Source: a bacterium
GTDB lineage: Bacteria; Patescibacteriota; Patescibacteriia; UBA10025
Assembly: GCA_021815445.1 (NCBI GenBank)
Contig: JAKAGM010000001.1
Span: forward strand, 531,710-595,709
Reading direction: 5' to 3'
Length of the DNA: 64,000 nucleotides
The notes below the pieces were generated by a model. It had not been told where the DNA came from. It did not search any database and was given only the letters and a program-made list of their open reading frames with translations. The position numbers and the translations under genes are program-made. Positions 26,926 through 35,215 of the stretch are shown one piece after another. The stretch's first letter is position 1, and each line of letters starts with the position of its first letter.

Positions 26926-28743
26926 TTATGGCAATGGATGAGATGGCGGAGGGATGCGCCTACCGAGCAGGAGGATAGCGACAGCGAGCACGACAGAAAC
27001 GCCTATCGCAATGAGAATCATCATATTGAATGATCCGACGGCATGGGAGCCGAACGACGTAGTAGCTTGTCCTATTGTCGTGTTAGTGTCGGAATCCCGC
27101 AGGAACAGATCGTCAGTCATGTCTGAATACGCCATCGTCCGGGAAAGGCTGGTGAGGAAATAGGAATTCTGGGTTGGTTTGAGGAGCGGGTTTCCCTGGT
27201 CGTCAAGCGCAAGGTTCTCAATGCTCTTTTTATCGATGGTGTTGGCAAAATTTGTTGAAAAGCTCGGCAACGTCTTCCTATTGTTCGCGATAACATAGAG
27301 AAGGACCGAGGATTGTGAAGTGGGGAACGGAGCTATGGGTATGATGACGTTGTTTTGGGCACTCCCGCTCTTGTATGTCAGCGTGGTCCCTGTCTTTGCC
27401 TCGGTAAGGTTGCCGTCGAAGTGGGCAAGGAAAGTTGTATCGTTGGTCACACTCAGCGCATTACCGCTTAAGACAGACGTGTAAGCATTTTGAATATCAG
27501 TTGCGGAAAGCTTTTTGGAGGATAAGCGAACTTCATCGGCAACTCCCCAGAGTGCCGAGGAACCCGAATCTTTGCTTCGCTGACTGATATAAACCGTTCC
27601 GCCGGCAGCGGAAGGCATGGTCCACTGTGTCCCGCTGTAGGCGGCCTCCATCGTCTGTGCAACGCCGTTAATATAAACCTGAGGCGCAGAATCCTGTGAC
27701 CACGTCGCTGCTATATAATACCATTGGCTCGTGTCCCACGATAGCACCTTCTGGTCAGTTGTCTTCCATGAAGTTGCGGCCGGATTGTAGGTAATCAGCT
27801 GGACATTGCCGTGCGAGGAATCCTTGGCTTGGCGCAGTTCAAAAATGTCCTTGCCGTCTTTGCCGACGACATTGAGAAACTCATGGTAGCCGGAATTCTG
27901 CCACAAATTAGTTGTCGGTTTTACCCAGAGTTCGACCGAACCCTCTGTCGGGGTAAAGATCGCATCCGCAGGAAAAGAAAAAACGTCGTTTGTTTCTATC
28001 GTCGCCCCCTGGCCTACGCGCCCCGTTGCGTAACTTGGGGTCTGCGTTGCAGTCCCGCCCGAACCGGTTGTTGCGGATGGTGATCGGCTGACGACTGATG
28101 AAATCTTTAGCGGGTAGACGATATTCGCCGTTTCGAAAGAAATTGATACGGGAGTCGCATGGCCGGTGCGCAGTTTATTGGTGGAATCGCTCCACTCGAG
28201 ACTCTCCGGATTAATGCGCATCGCCACGAAATACCACCCATTATTGATATAGCTGTCGAGGATGTAGCTTGCTGAAGAAGGGAAATTGTATTTGTTGTCC
28301 TTGAGCCAGTTGACGAGCGACTTTTTGTCCGTGGACGAAAGAACTGTAACGTCGTAATAATCAACTTGCTTAGTCTCAATGACAGTCACCCCTTCCTTTG
28401 CCACGTCCTGTGACGTGCCCAATCCGTACATCGGGATGGGATTCTCGATACCGACGCCGGTCAGTGTCTGCAGACTGGTAAAAAGCTCATCGGAACCTTT
28501 CGCTACCGTCGGCTTCGAGGGCGTTGGTATCACCCACCCAAAATCATTTGCATTGCCCTGGAACGTGGCTGAAACAACAAGCGTTTCTACGCCTTTGTCG
28601 TAAAAGATGACGGCTTTTTGGCCGTTTTCCTGCATCCAGTAATTGTCAGGCGGCAGGATCATTCCGTCAGCCAAAATCAATGCGGGGAAAAGCAGCGCCA
28701 AGAGCCCGCCAATGGTTATGAGAACTTTCATGAGTGTGCGCAT
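26926..28743 (-). CDS. Secreted/cell-surface protein with LamG-like (concanavalin A-like) domain and C-terminal TM anchor
   Basis: Signal peptide, LamG-like jelly-roll segment (ELWVKPTT ... LSSKKLSATDIQNAY), C-terminal hydrophobic anchor. Confidence 0.6.
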   Translation of the reverse strand: MRTLMKVLITIGGLLALLFPALILADGMILPPDNYWMQENGQKAVIFYDKGVETLVVSATFQGNANDFGWVIPTPSKPTVAKGSDELFTSLQTLTGVGIENPIPMYGLGTSQDVAKEGVTVIETKQVDYYDVTVLSSTDKKSLVNWLKDNKYNFPSSASYILDSYINNGWYFVAMRINPESLEWSDSTNKLRTGHATPVSISFETANIVYPLKISSVVSRSPSATTGSGGTATQTPSYATGRVGQGATIETNDVFSFPADAIFTPTEGSVELWVKPTTNLWQNSGYHEFLNVVGKDGKDIFELRQAKDSSHGNVQLITYNPAATSWKTTDQKVLSWDTSQWYYIAATWSQDSAPQVYINGVAQTMEAAYSGTQWTMPSAAGGTVYISQRSKDSGSSALWGVADEVRLSSKKLSATDIQNAYTSVLSGNALSVTNDTTFLAHFDGNLTEAKTGTTLTYKSGSAQNNVIIPIAPFPTSQSSVLLYVIANNRKTLPSFSTNFANTIDKKSIENLALDDQGNPLLKPTQNSYFLTSLSRTMAYSDMTDDLFLRDSDTNTTIGQATTSFGSHAVGSFNMMILIAIGVSVVLAVAILLLGRRIPPPSHPLP

Positions 28744-28755
28744 AATGATTGTAGG

Positions 28756-29070
28756 TTATTTTTTAACCTTTTGAAGTCGTAATGGGAGGGATTGCTGCTG
28801 CCCGAGAAGCGAACGCGCCGTCCGCCGGCCTTTCGCGGTGAGCTTGATCTCGTCGATAAACCATTTGTGCGGCGTGCGTCTGCCGTAGCCAATCATGAGC
28901 TCTTTATCGATAAGTCGCTCAAGACTCTTGGTAATAGTATTCTGCTGGTCCTCTTTTTTTGTTTTTTCCTTTTGCTTATCGTAAAACGACATGAGCTTGT
29001 TACGCTTAAACACCCCCGTTGAGCCGTAGCAGTCTTTTAATATGAATTTTTGGAGATTGGAAAGTCGCAT
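28756..29070 (-). CDS. Hypothetical protein (104 aa)
   Basis: ORF only; basic. Confidence 0.35.
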   Translation of the reverse strand: MRLSNLQKFILKDCYGSTGVFKRNKLMSFYDKQKEKTKKEDQQNTITKSLERLIDKELMIGYGRRTPHKWFIDEIKLTAKGRRTARSLLGQQQSLPLRLQKVKK

Positions 29071-29091
29071 ACTTCTATCTAAACTCAGTGC

Positions 29092-30495
29092 TCACTTCTT
29101 GACTATCTTGATGTGGAGGTCTTTGAGCTGGCCCGGATCTACATCGCTTGGTGATCCTGTCATTATTTCCCTGTTGTCAGCTGTCTTTGGAAACGCGACG
29201 ACTTCACGCACACTCGGTTCGTTCAGCAAAATGGCTAATAGCCTTTCGATGCCGCAAGCGATCCCCCCGTGAGGAGGTACGCCGTACTCGAACGCTTCCA
29301 TCATGTGTCCGAACTGAATCTTGGCCTCCTCCTTTGTCACGCCGACCAGCTCCAGCACTTTTTCAAGCACTTTCGGGTCAGTCGAACGGATACTGCCGCC
29401 GGCAATTTCGTAGCCGTTGAGCGCTATGTCATGCTGCCAGGATCGAACTTTACCGGGGTCCGTGTCGAGCAAACCGATGTCTTCCGTGTGCGGCGCTGTA
29501 AAAATGTGATGATGCGCAACGTACTTGCCGTCTTTGCGCTCTGCTTCAAAGAATGGCCAGTCAACGATGAAGGCGAACGCGAGCTCATTCGAGTCGTTCT
29601 TGTTTTTACGTAAATCAGGCTTGTCAGTCTTATTCTTCGCCATTGCCTCTGCGTATGATATTCGCGGCCAGGGTGAAAAAGTGATTTTTTTCTCTGGGAA
29701 ATACTTTTTTATCATCTCGGTATAGAGCCGCTCTACCAGGTCAAGGATTTCTCCCTGTTCGACGAATGACATTTCTATATCAAGCTGGAAAAATTGGTCA
29801 GGTGCCCGGTCAGAACGCGCGTCCTCGTCCCTGAAACACGGCGCTATCTGGAAATACTTGTCGAACCCCGCGACCATGAGCATCTGCTTGTATTGCTGGG
29901 GCGACTGCGGCAGGGCATAGAACTTGCCCGGATACTCCCTGGACGGTACGAGGTAATCTCTCGCCCCTTCGGGGGTGGACTTCGCCAAAATAGGCGTCTC
30001 TATCTCGATAAACCCTTCACTATGCAAGAAGTCGCGCATGAACTTCAAAAGCTTTGACCGGACGATGATAGTCCGCTGGTTTCTCGCACGGCGTAAATCT
30101 AAGTATCGGTATTTAAACCGCAGTTCCTCGGAAGCGTCCATTTTTTCGGTTTCCACAATCTCAAACGGTGGAGTTTTTGATTCGGCAAGGATTTTTAACC
30201 CCTCAGCTTGCACTTCAACACTGCCGGTGGCCATCTCTTTGTTAATCAGCTTCTCGGGACGTTTACTTACTGTGCCGGTAATTTCTACCACGAATTCTGA
30301 CCTAAGTTTTTTTGCAGCCTCAAGCACTTCTGCCTTGTCTGGAGTGAACACAACTTGAACAATCCCCGACACATCGCGCAGGTCGACAAACACCATCTTG
30401 CCCATCCTGCGGGCCATGTGCACCCAGCCGTTGAGACGGACTTGCTTGTCAGTATTATTAACTGTTTCTGTTACTAGCAGTCTTTTCATGCGCAT
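29092..30495 (-). CDS. aspS: Aspartate--tRNA ligase (class IIb, compact form without GAD insertion)
   Basis: OB-fold N-domain, class II motifs incl. FRDEDARSDRAPDQFFQLDIEMSF and GGSIR. Confidence 0.8.
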   Translation of the reverse strand: MRMKRLLVTETVNNTDKQVRLNGWVHMARRMGKMVFVDLRDVSGIVQVVFTPDKAEVLEAAKKLRSEFVVEITGTVSKRPEKLINKEMATGSVEVQAEGLKILAESKTPPFEIVETEKMDASEELRFKYRYLDLRRARNQRTIIVRSKLLKFMRDFLHSEGFIEIETPILAKSTPEGARDYLVPSREYPGKFYALPQSPQQYKQMLMVAGFDKYFQIAPCFRDEDARSDRAPDQFFQLDIEMSFVEQGEILDLVERLYTEMIKKYFPEKKITFSPWPRISYAEAMAKNKTDKPDLRKNKNDSNELAFAFIVDWPFFEAERKDGKYVAHHHIFTAPHTEDIGLLDTDPGKVRSWQHDIALNGYEIAGGSIRSTDPKVLEKVLELVGVTKEEAKIQFGHMMEAFEYGVPPHGGIACGIERLLAILLNEPSVREVVAFPKTADNREIMTGSPSDVDPGQLKDLHIKIVKK

Positions 30496-32108
30496 TACTT
30501 AGTGAAAGTGAAGGTGGAGAGAATATTTTGATAGAGGTCACTTAACCCATTATACTCAGCATCCGGAAATAATGTTACTGCAACTTGATATGTCTGACCG
30601 CTCTTTACAACGAAGGCTGTGTGCCCAGTCCGATCTGACTGGTTAGGACCTGGACCACCTTTCGTATCGATCTCTCGCCATTCAATAGAATTAACAGTTT
30701 TTTTAGTGTCGGACACCGTTTCTACTGCGCTAAACCATCCGGCTGAAACAATGTCGGTTGACGGCTGTACAAAAACAGCAACGTCCAAGTTGGCGTTTCG
30801 GGCTTGACTATATCCAGTCCTAACAGAGACACAAGTGGTCACCAACGAACCGGTTGTGCCACATGGATCTATAATTTGATCCTCTGCTGGATATTTGAAG
30901 CTGAAGTTGTACTTCGAGTTCGTATACGTCTTCCACCCCGCGGTTAAATCTTTCAGCGTCAACGTGGACAGCATTAGGTTGGCAGTTAAATATTCATTGG
31001 CATTAACAACATCCAAAGCATCATAAGCTATTTTATTGCTGCTAATTTCCGCGGTAATATCGTGTCCCCCAATTTGCACTAAACTTGAATCCTTGGGGTA
31101 ATAAAACACGATTTTCACCTTGTTGTTACTTATAAGTCGCGAAGTGAGAGTCGAGGAACCGTCTATTTTTATATTCTGGTCACTCGCAACTATATCGCCT
31201 GCGCCAGTGCCAGTCCGCGCAGAAATCCGGACATCTTCTCCTGATAACCTGATACCAAGTGTCAGAATATAATTTTTATTTGGGCTGTAAAAACTCACAT
31301 ACTTAACCGGCACTCCAAAACTTGAATCCGCTTTGGCGATACTTGTCTCTTGATAGGTCCAAGTTTGCGGATACTTTAAGGTATATTGATAATCGGTGTT
31401 CGTATACGTTTTCCACCCCGCGATTTCGTCCGCTGTTGTATCGTTATCGGTATTGTTCGTAACAACTGAGGTGTTTGTATTCAGCATTGCGGCAGTAGCC
31501 AAGGCAAATGACTGTTTAATGGCAGTCATTTCCTGCGCCGCTACAGAAAACTGCTGCTTGGCGGCTGCAGCATATCCAGCCGGCGGAGTCGTGCTTGAGG
31601 AGACGAAAAAGAAATTATTTGTTCCGTCGGTGCCGATTTTTTCCGCGCCAGCCATTGTAACTTGCGTGCTCTTGGTAATGGTGAAATATAACGCGTCCCA
31701 GGTTGAATGAATCGTGACACTATTATCGCCATCCACCGGCTTGTATCCCGCCCACTCAGTCGGCATGACTATATAAAACCCTAATTTACTTGTATAAACA
31801 TCTTTCCCGGCTAATGGGTTAGTATTTAAATTAGTGTTAACCGCCGTATTCACATTTACCGCATGATTGTTATTTGCCACCACCTCCACGAACGTCTGGC
31901 CGTTTACCCGGCATTGCCTCGGGTAGCTTTCCATAACCGGGTTTCCTGCCGCAACGCATTGCTCAAAGGTAGATATCTTTGCCGGGCCGCCTTTTGATTT
32001 GTAATACAATCCCGCGCCGACCATGGTAGCGGCTACGAGAGCGATGAAAATGACGACGACTATCGGGATAAAGCCTTTGGGTTTCATGGGAGGTTTTTTA
32101 TTAAACAA
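30495..32108 (-). CDS. Secreted repeat protein with two G-W-K-T-Y-T-N-x-x-Y-x-F-S/T-x-K-Y-P modules
   Basis: N-terminal TM anchor; two copies of the WKTYTN...KYP motif; paralogous to next gene. Confidence 0.55.
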   Translation of the reverse strand: MFNKKPPMKPKGFIPIVVVIFIALVAATMVGAGLYYKSKGGPAKISTFEQCVAAGNPVMESYPRQCRVNGQTFVEVVANNNHAVNVNTAVNTNLNTNPLAGKDVYTSKLGFYIVMPTEWAGYKPVDGDNSVTIHSTWDALYFTITKSTQVTMAGAEKIGTDGTNNFFFVSSSTTPPAGYAAAAKQQFSVAAQEMTAIKQSFALATAAMLNTNTSVVTNNTDNDTTADEIAGWKTYTNTDYQYTLKYPQTWTYQETSIAKADSSFGVPVKYVSFYSPNKNYILTLGIRLSGEDVRISARTGTGAGDIVASDQNIKIDGSSTLTSRLISNNKVKIVFYYPKDSSLVQIGGHDITAEISSNKIAYDALDVVNANEYLTANLMLSTLTLKDLTAGWKTYTNSKYNFSFKYPAEDQIIDPCGTTGSLVTTCVSVRTGYSQARNANLDVAVFVQPSTDIVSAGWFSAVETVSDTKKTVNSIEWREIDTKGGPGPNQSDRTGHTAFVVKSGQTYQVAVTLFPDAEYNGLSDLYQNILSTFTFTK

Positions 32109-32119
32109 AAATATCTGAA

Positions 32120-33361
32120 TTAATTAAATTGAAGTGTTGATAAAATTGTTTTTTGTATTGTTTGATTTGGAATGTTTTGCCATGTTATCCGTAAAAATTT
32201 CTGATCAAGCGGAAAAATTGTTGTAAAAAAGTCTACCATACCATGTTCAATCCCTTGTTTCGCTTGTTTGCCACTTACGGTAATTGTCGTCGGTTCGTTT
32301 GACCCCTGTATTGATTCGCTTGTAGTGAGAAACATGCCGATACTATCCGGCCCATAAATGTTTCCTGATGCTACTGGGTAAATTCTCGCGATTGCATCAG
32401 TGGTTGTCTTTTCCGTAACTCCCCAATCAGCCGGATACTTCATCGAAAATTTATACACACTATTCGTATACGTCTTCCACCCCGTGGTGTCAGAGAGGGG
32501 GGTGAATGTGGAAAGGATTTCCAGCCTTAAACTCTGTTGATCCTGAGAGCTTTTGAGTCCATAGTCTGCCAGCGCAGTCATATCTTGACTTTCAAGGACA
32601 TAATAAACCCAGCGGCTATTTCCTACAAAATCTCCACCGAAAGGACCATTTTTATTAAAATCATTTTTCGACTGCACTACTTTAAGACCACCATCTAATA
32701 TGTCTGATTTTGCAAAATTAATTTCATTCGAAGGGGCTAGATATTTGTCTAACCATGACTGTAAAGAAAGACCTTCAGTATTATCAAAAACGGTGACCAT
32801 TAATAGCTCACTCGCTCCATCTATCCCTATCTGTCCACCCTGTTTTCCGCGTACAGAGAATCTAAGGTTCTTGACCGCATTACCACCCCGTTTCCACGCT
32901 GAATTTTCTTCCTTAACCTGCGCATCCCACTCAGATGGGTAATTAAAGGATACATCATATACAGAATTCGTATATGTCCTCCACTCCGCGGTTGCGTTAG
33001 TGGCAGTGTTGGCATTTGTATTAGCTACGTCGCAATACCTATATTTAATCCCAAAACTGCATCCTGTTGTCGGGCAGTCAGCGCTTTGTGAGGCCTTTTT
33101 ATCATCAGAAATTATTTTAGTTAGATCATCGCCTTTGGCATGATACAGGCATTGCTCTTGTGGATTGGAACCGCAACAGCCACAACCACAAGCGATATAG
33201 GTTTCTGATGTGGCTGTATTGGTATTTGTCACATTATTAATATTTGTCTTTGGTTCTTCGTTTTTTTTTGTTGCAAAGTACCACGCTGTACCTGCGGCGG
33301 CAAGTGCTAAGACAGAAATGATGATGACGGTGACTACTGGGATAAAGCCCTTTGGTTTCAT
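32120..33361 (-). CDS. Secreted repeat protein, paralogue of 30495-32108
   Basis: Same N-terminal anchor (MKPKGFIPVV) and two WRTYTN/WKTYTN modules; Cys-rich stretch CGCGCCG. Confidence 0.55.
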   Translation of the reverse strand: MKPKGFIPVVTVIIISVLALAAAGTAWYFATKKNEEPKTNINNVTNTNTATSETYIACGCGCCGSNPQEQCLYHAKGDDLTKIISDDKKASQSADCPTTGCSFGIKYRYCDVANTNANTATNATAEWRTYTNSVYDVSFNYPSEWDAQVKEENSAWKRGGNAVKNLRFSVRGKQGGQIGIDGASELLMVTVFDNTEGLSLQSWLDKYLAPSNEINFAKSDILDGGLKVVQSKNDFNKNGPFGGDFVGNSRWVYYVLESQDMTALADYGLKSSQDQQSLRLEILSTFTPLSDTTGWKTYTNSVYKFSMKYPADWGVTEKTTTDAIARIYPVASGNIYGPDSIGMFLTTSESIQGSNEPTTITVSGKQAKQGIEHGMVDFFTTIFPLDQKFLRITWQNIPNQTIQKTILSTLQFN

Positions 33362-33388
33362 AGATGAAAAGAATGTCTCACCACTAAA

Positions 33389-33817
33389 TTACTGCAGGCA
33401 AAGATTACCCTGCTGTAAACATGTGGCAACTGTGTAGGGAGATAACAGTTTCTCACACTTACTTTTATTAAACTTCGCTTCGCTCGTGGAGCATACCCCC
33501 AATGTTTCCCCGTCAGTATTGAGCAGGACTTCATCCTGGTCGGTGCAGTCGCTTTGGAGGAGGAAATAGCTTCCGCAGCTCGTCGCTTTGCCTATCAGGC
33601 ATTCCGGCGTCGCCGGGTTGTACGCTTTGCCGCAAAGCGAGCTGACGACTTTGAAACCTGAAACTTTTGCCAGAGCGATTTCTGCCTTTTTCCTGTTGCT
33701 CAGGTTCATGGCGATACCGTTGGCAAGCACGACGCTTAACACAAACACTACAAAAAGGAGAAGCGTCGTTCCCGAAATACCCCTGGTATCATGAGCAATG
33801 CGCGAAAGAAGTTTCAT
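33389..33817 (-). CDS. Cys-rich secreted protein with pilin-like N-terminal hydrophobic segment
   Basis: RGISGTTLLLFVVFVLSVVLA resembles a prepilin leader, but the +5 Glu is absent, so pilin assignment is weak. Confidence 0.4.
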   Translation of the reverse strand: MKLLSRIAHDTRGISGTTLLLFVVFVLSVVLANGIAMNLSNRKKAEIALAKVSGFKVVSSLCGKAYNPATPECLIGKATSCGSYFLLQSDCTDQDEVLLNTDGETLGVCSTSEAKFNKSKCEKLLSPYTVATCLQQGNLCLQ

Positions 33818-33835
33818 AGGGGCATGCGTTAATAA

Positions 33836-35128
33836 TTAAGGTTTCAGCCTGTTTAAAAGACGCGGGAAAGGTATTGCCTCGCGGACATGGTCGAGCTTAC
33901 ACATCCATGTTACGACGCGCTCCAGACCCACCCCGAAGCCGGAATGCGGGAAAGATCCGTATCGGCGGAGGTCGAGGTACCATTCAAATGGCTCTACAGG
34001 GAGTTTCTGCTCGACAAAACGCTTTTTGAGAAGCGCGAGATCATCGATGCGCTGCGAGCCCCCGATGATTTCCCCGTACCCTTCCGGCGCGAGAAGGTCC
34101 GCGCAGAGGACGCGTTCGGGGTTGTCGGGAAGCGGCTTCATATAAAACGCTTTGATAGCCGTCGGAAAGTTCGTAATGAACACCGGCTTCTTGTGATGGT
34201 TCGAAAGCAGCGTCTCATCGTCAGCGCCGAGGTCATCGCCCGACTTAATGTCGGATCCGTTTTTCATGAGCCACTCGACGGCTTCGTCGTACGTTAAACG
34301 CGGAAACGGAGCTGTGATGTTTTTTAACGGTTCGAGAGGGCGCCCGAGAATAGTAAGTTCTTTTTCACAGTTTCTGACGACGTCCCCGGCAATCCGGCAT
34401 ATAAGCTCCTCCTGGAGTTTGAGGCTTTCTTCATGCTCCATGAACGCAGCTTCGGCGTCGAGCATCCAAAACTCCATCAGGTGACGCCGGGTTTTTGACT
34501 TTTCGGCGCGAAACGTCGGCCCAAAATCATAGACTTTGCCAAGAGACGCGGCGAGCGCCTCGAGGTAGAGCTGTCCCGACTGGGCGAGATACGCTGTCTG
34601 TCCGAAATAGTCTGTCGAGAACAGCGTCGTGGTCCCCTCGCACGACGTCGGAGTCAGAATTGGCGTGTCGGTAAGGATAAATCCTTTTTCACGGAAAAAA
34701 GACCTCATCGACCAGATAACCTGGTCGCGGATGATTAAAATGGCGGCCTGCTTCGATGACCGGATCCAGAGATGCCTGTTATCGAGGAGAAATTCTATCC
34801 CGTGCTCCTTTTTGGCTATCGGATACTCCTCAGCCCGGTGAATAATTGTGATATCGTTGACATGAAGCTCGAAACCGCTGGGCGACCGTTTTTCGGATAC
34901 CACCTTGCCGGTGAGTTTCACGGAACTTTCCTGGGTGACTTTTGAACACCGCTCGAAGCCGCCTTCCGCCATTTCCGCTTTATTTGCGACAGCTTGGATA
35001 GTGCCCGTACCGTCGCGCAGCTGCAAAAAGAAGATCTGTCCTGACGAGCGCAAATTATACACCCAGCCCTTCAGGCAAACCTCCTTATTGAGATGTGTCC
35101 CGATCTGACGAATATCGATGCAATCCAT
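33836..35128 (-). CDS. asnS: Asparagine--tRNA ligase
   Basis: Class IIb with FRAEKSKTRRHLMEFWMLDAEAAF motif 2 region. Confidence 0.8.
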   Translation of the reverse strand: MDCIDIRQIGTHLNKEVCLKGWVYNLRSSGQIFFLQLRDGTGTIQAVANKAEMAEGGFERCSKVTQESSVKLTGKVVSEKRSPSGFELHVNDITIIHRAEEYPIAKKEHGIEFLLDNRHLWIRSSKQAAILIIRDQVIWSMRSFFREKGFILTDTPILTPTSCEGTTTLFSTDYFGQTAYLAQSGQLYLEALAASLGKVYDFGPTFRAEKSKTRRHLMEFWMLDAEAAFMEHEESLKLQEELICRIAGDVVRNCEKELTILGRPLEPLKNITAPFPRLTYDEAVEWLMKNGSDIKSGDDLGADDETLLSNHHKKPVFITNFPTAIKAFYMKPLPDNPERVLCADLLAPEGYGEIIGGSQRIDDLALLKKRFVEQKLPVEPFEWYLDLRRYGSFPHSGFGVGLERVVTWMCKLDHVREAIPFPRLLNRLKP

Positions 35129-35160
35129 GCCGCGATTATACCATTTCTGCCGCTTTTTGC

Positions 35161-35190
35161 AAAGAAAAAAAGGCCATTAATAAGCCTTTT
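35161..35190 (-). terminator. Rho-independent terminator after P-type ATPase gene (AAAAGGC...GCCTTTT plus T-run)
   Basis: Stem-loop plus TTTTTTTCTTT on minus strand. Confidence 0.5.
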
Positions 35191-35215
35191 ATGCCCCATT
35201 TTTTTCAGGGAAAAG

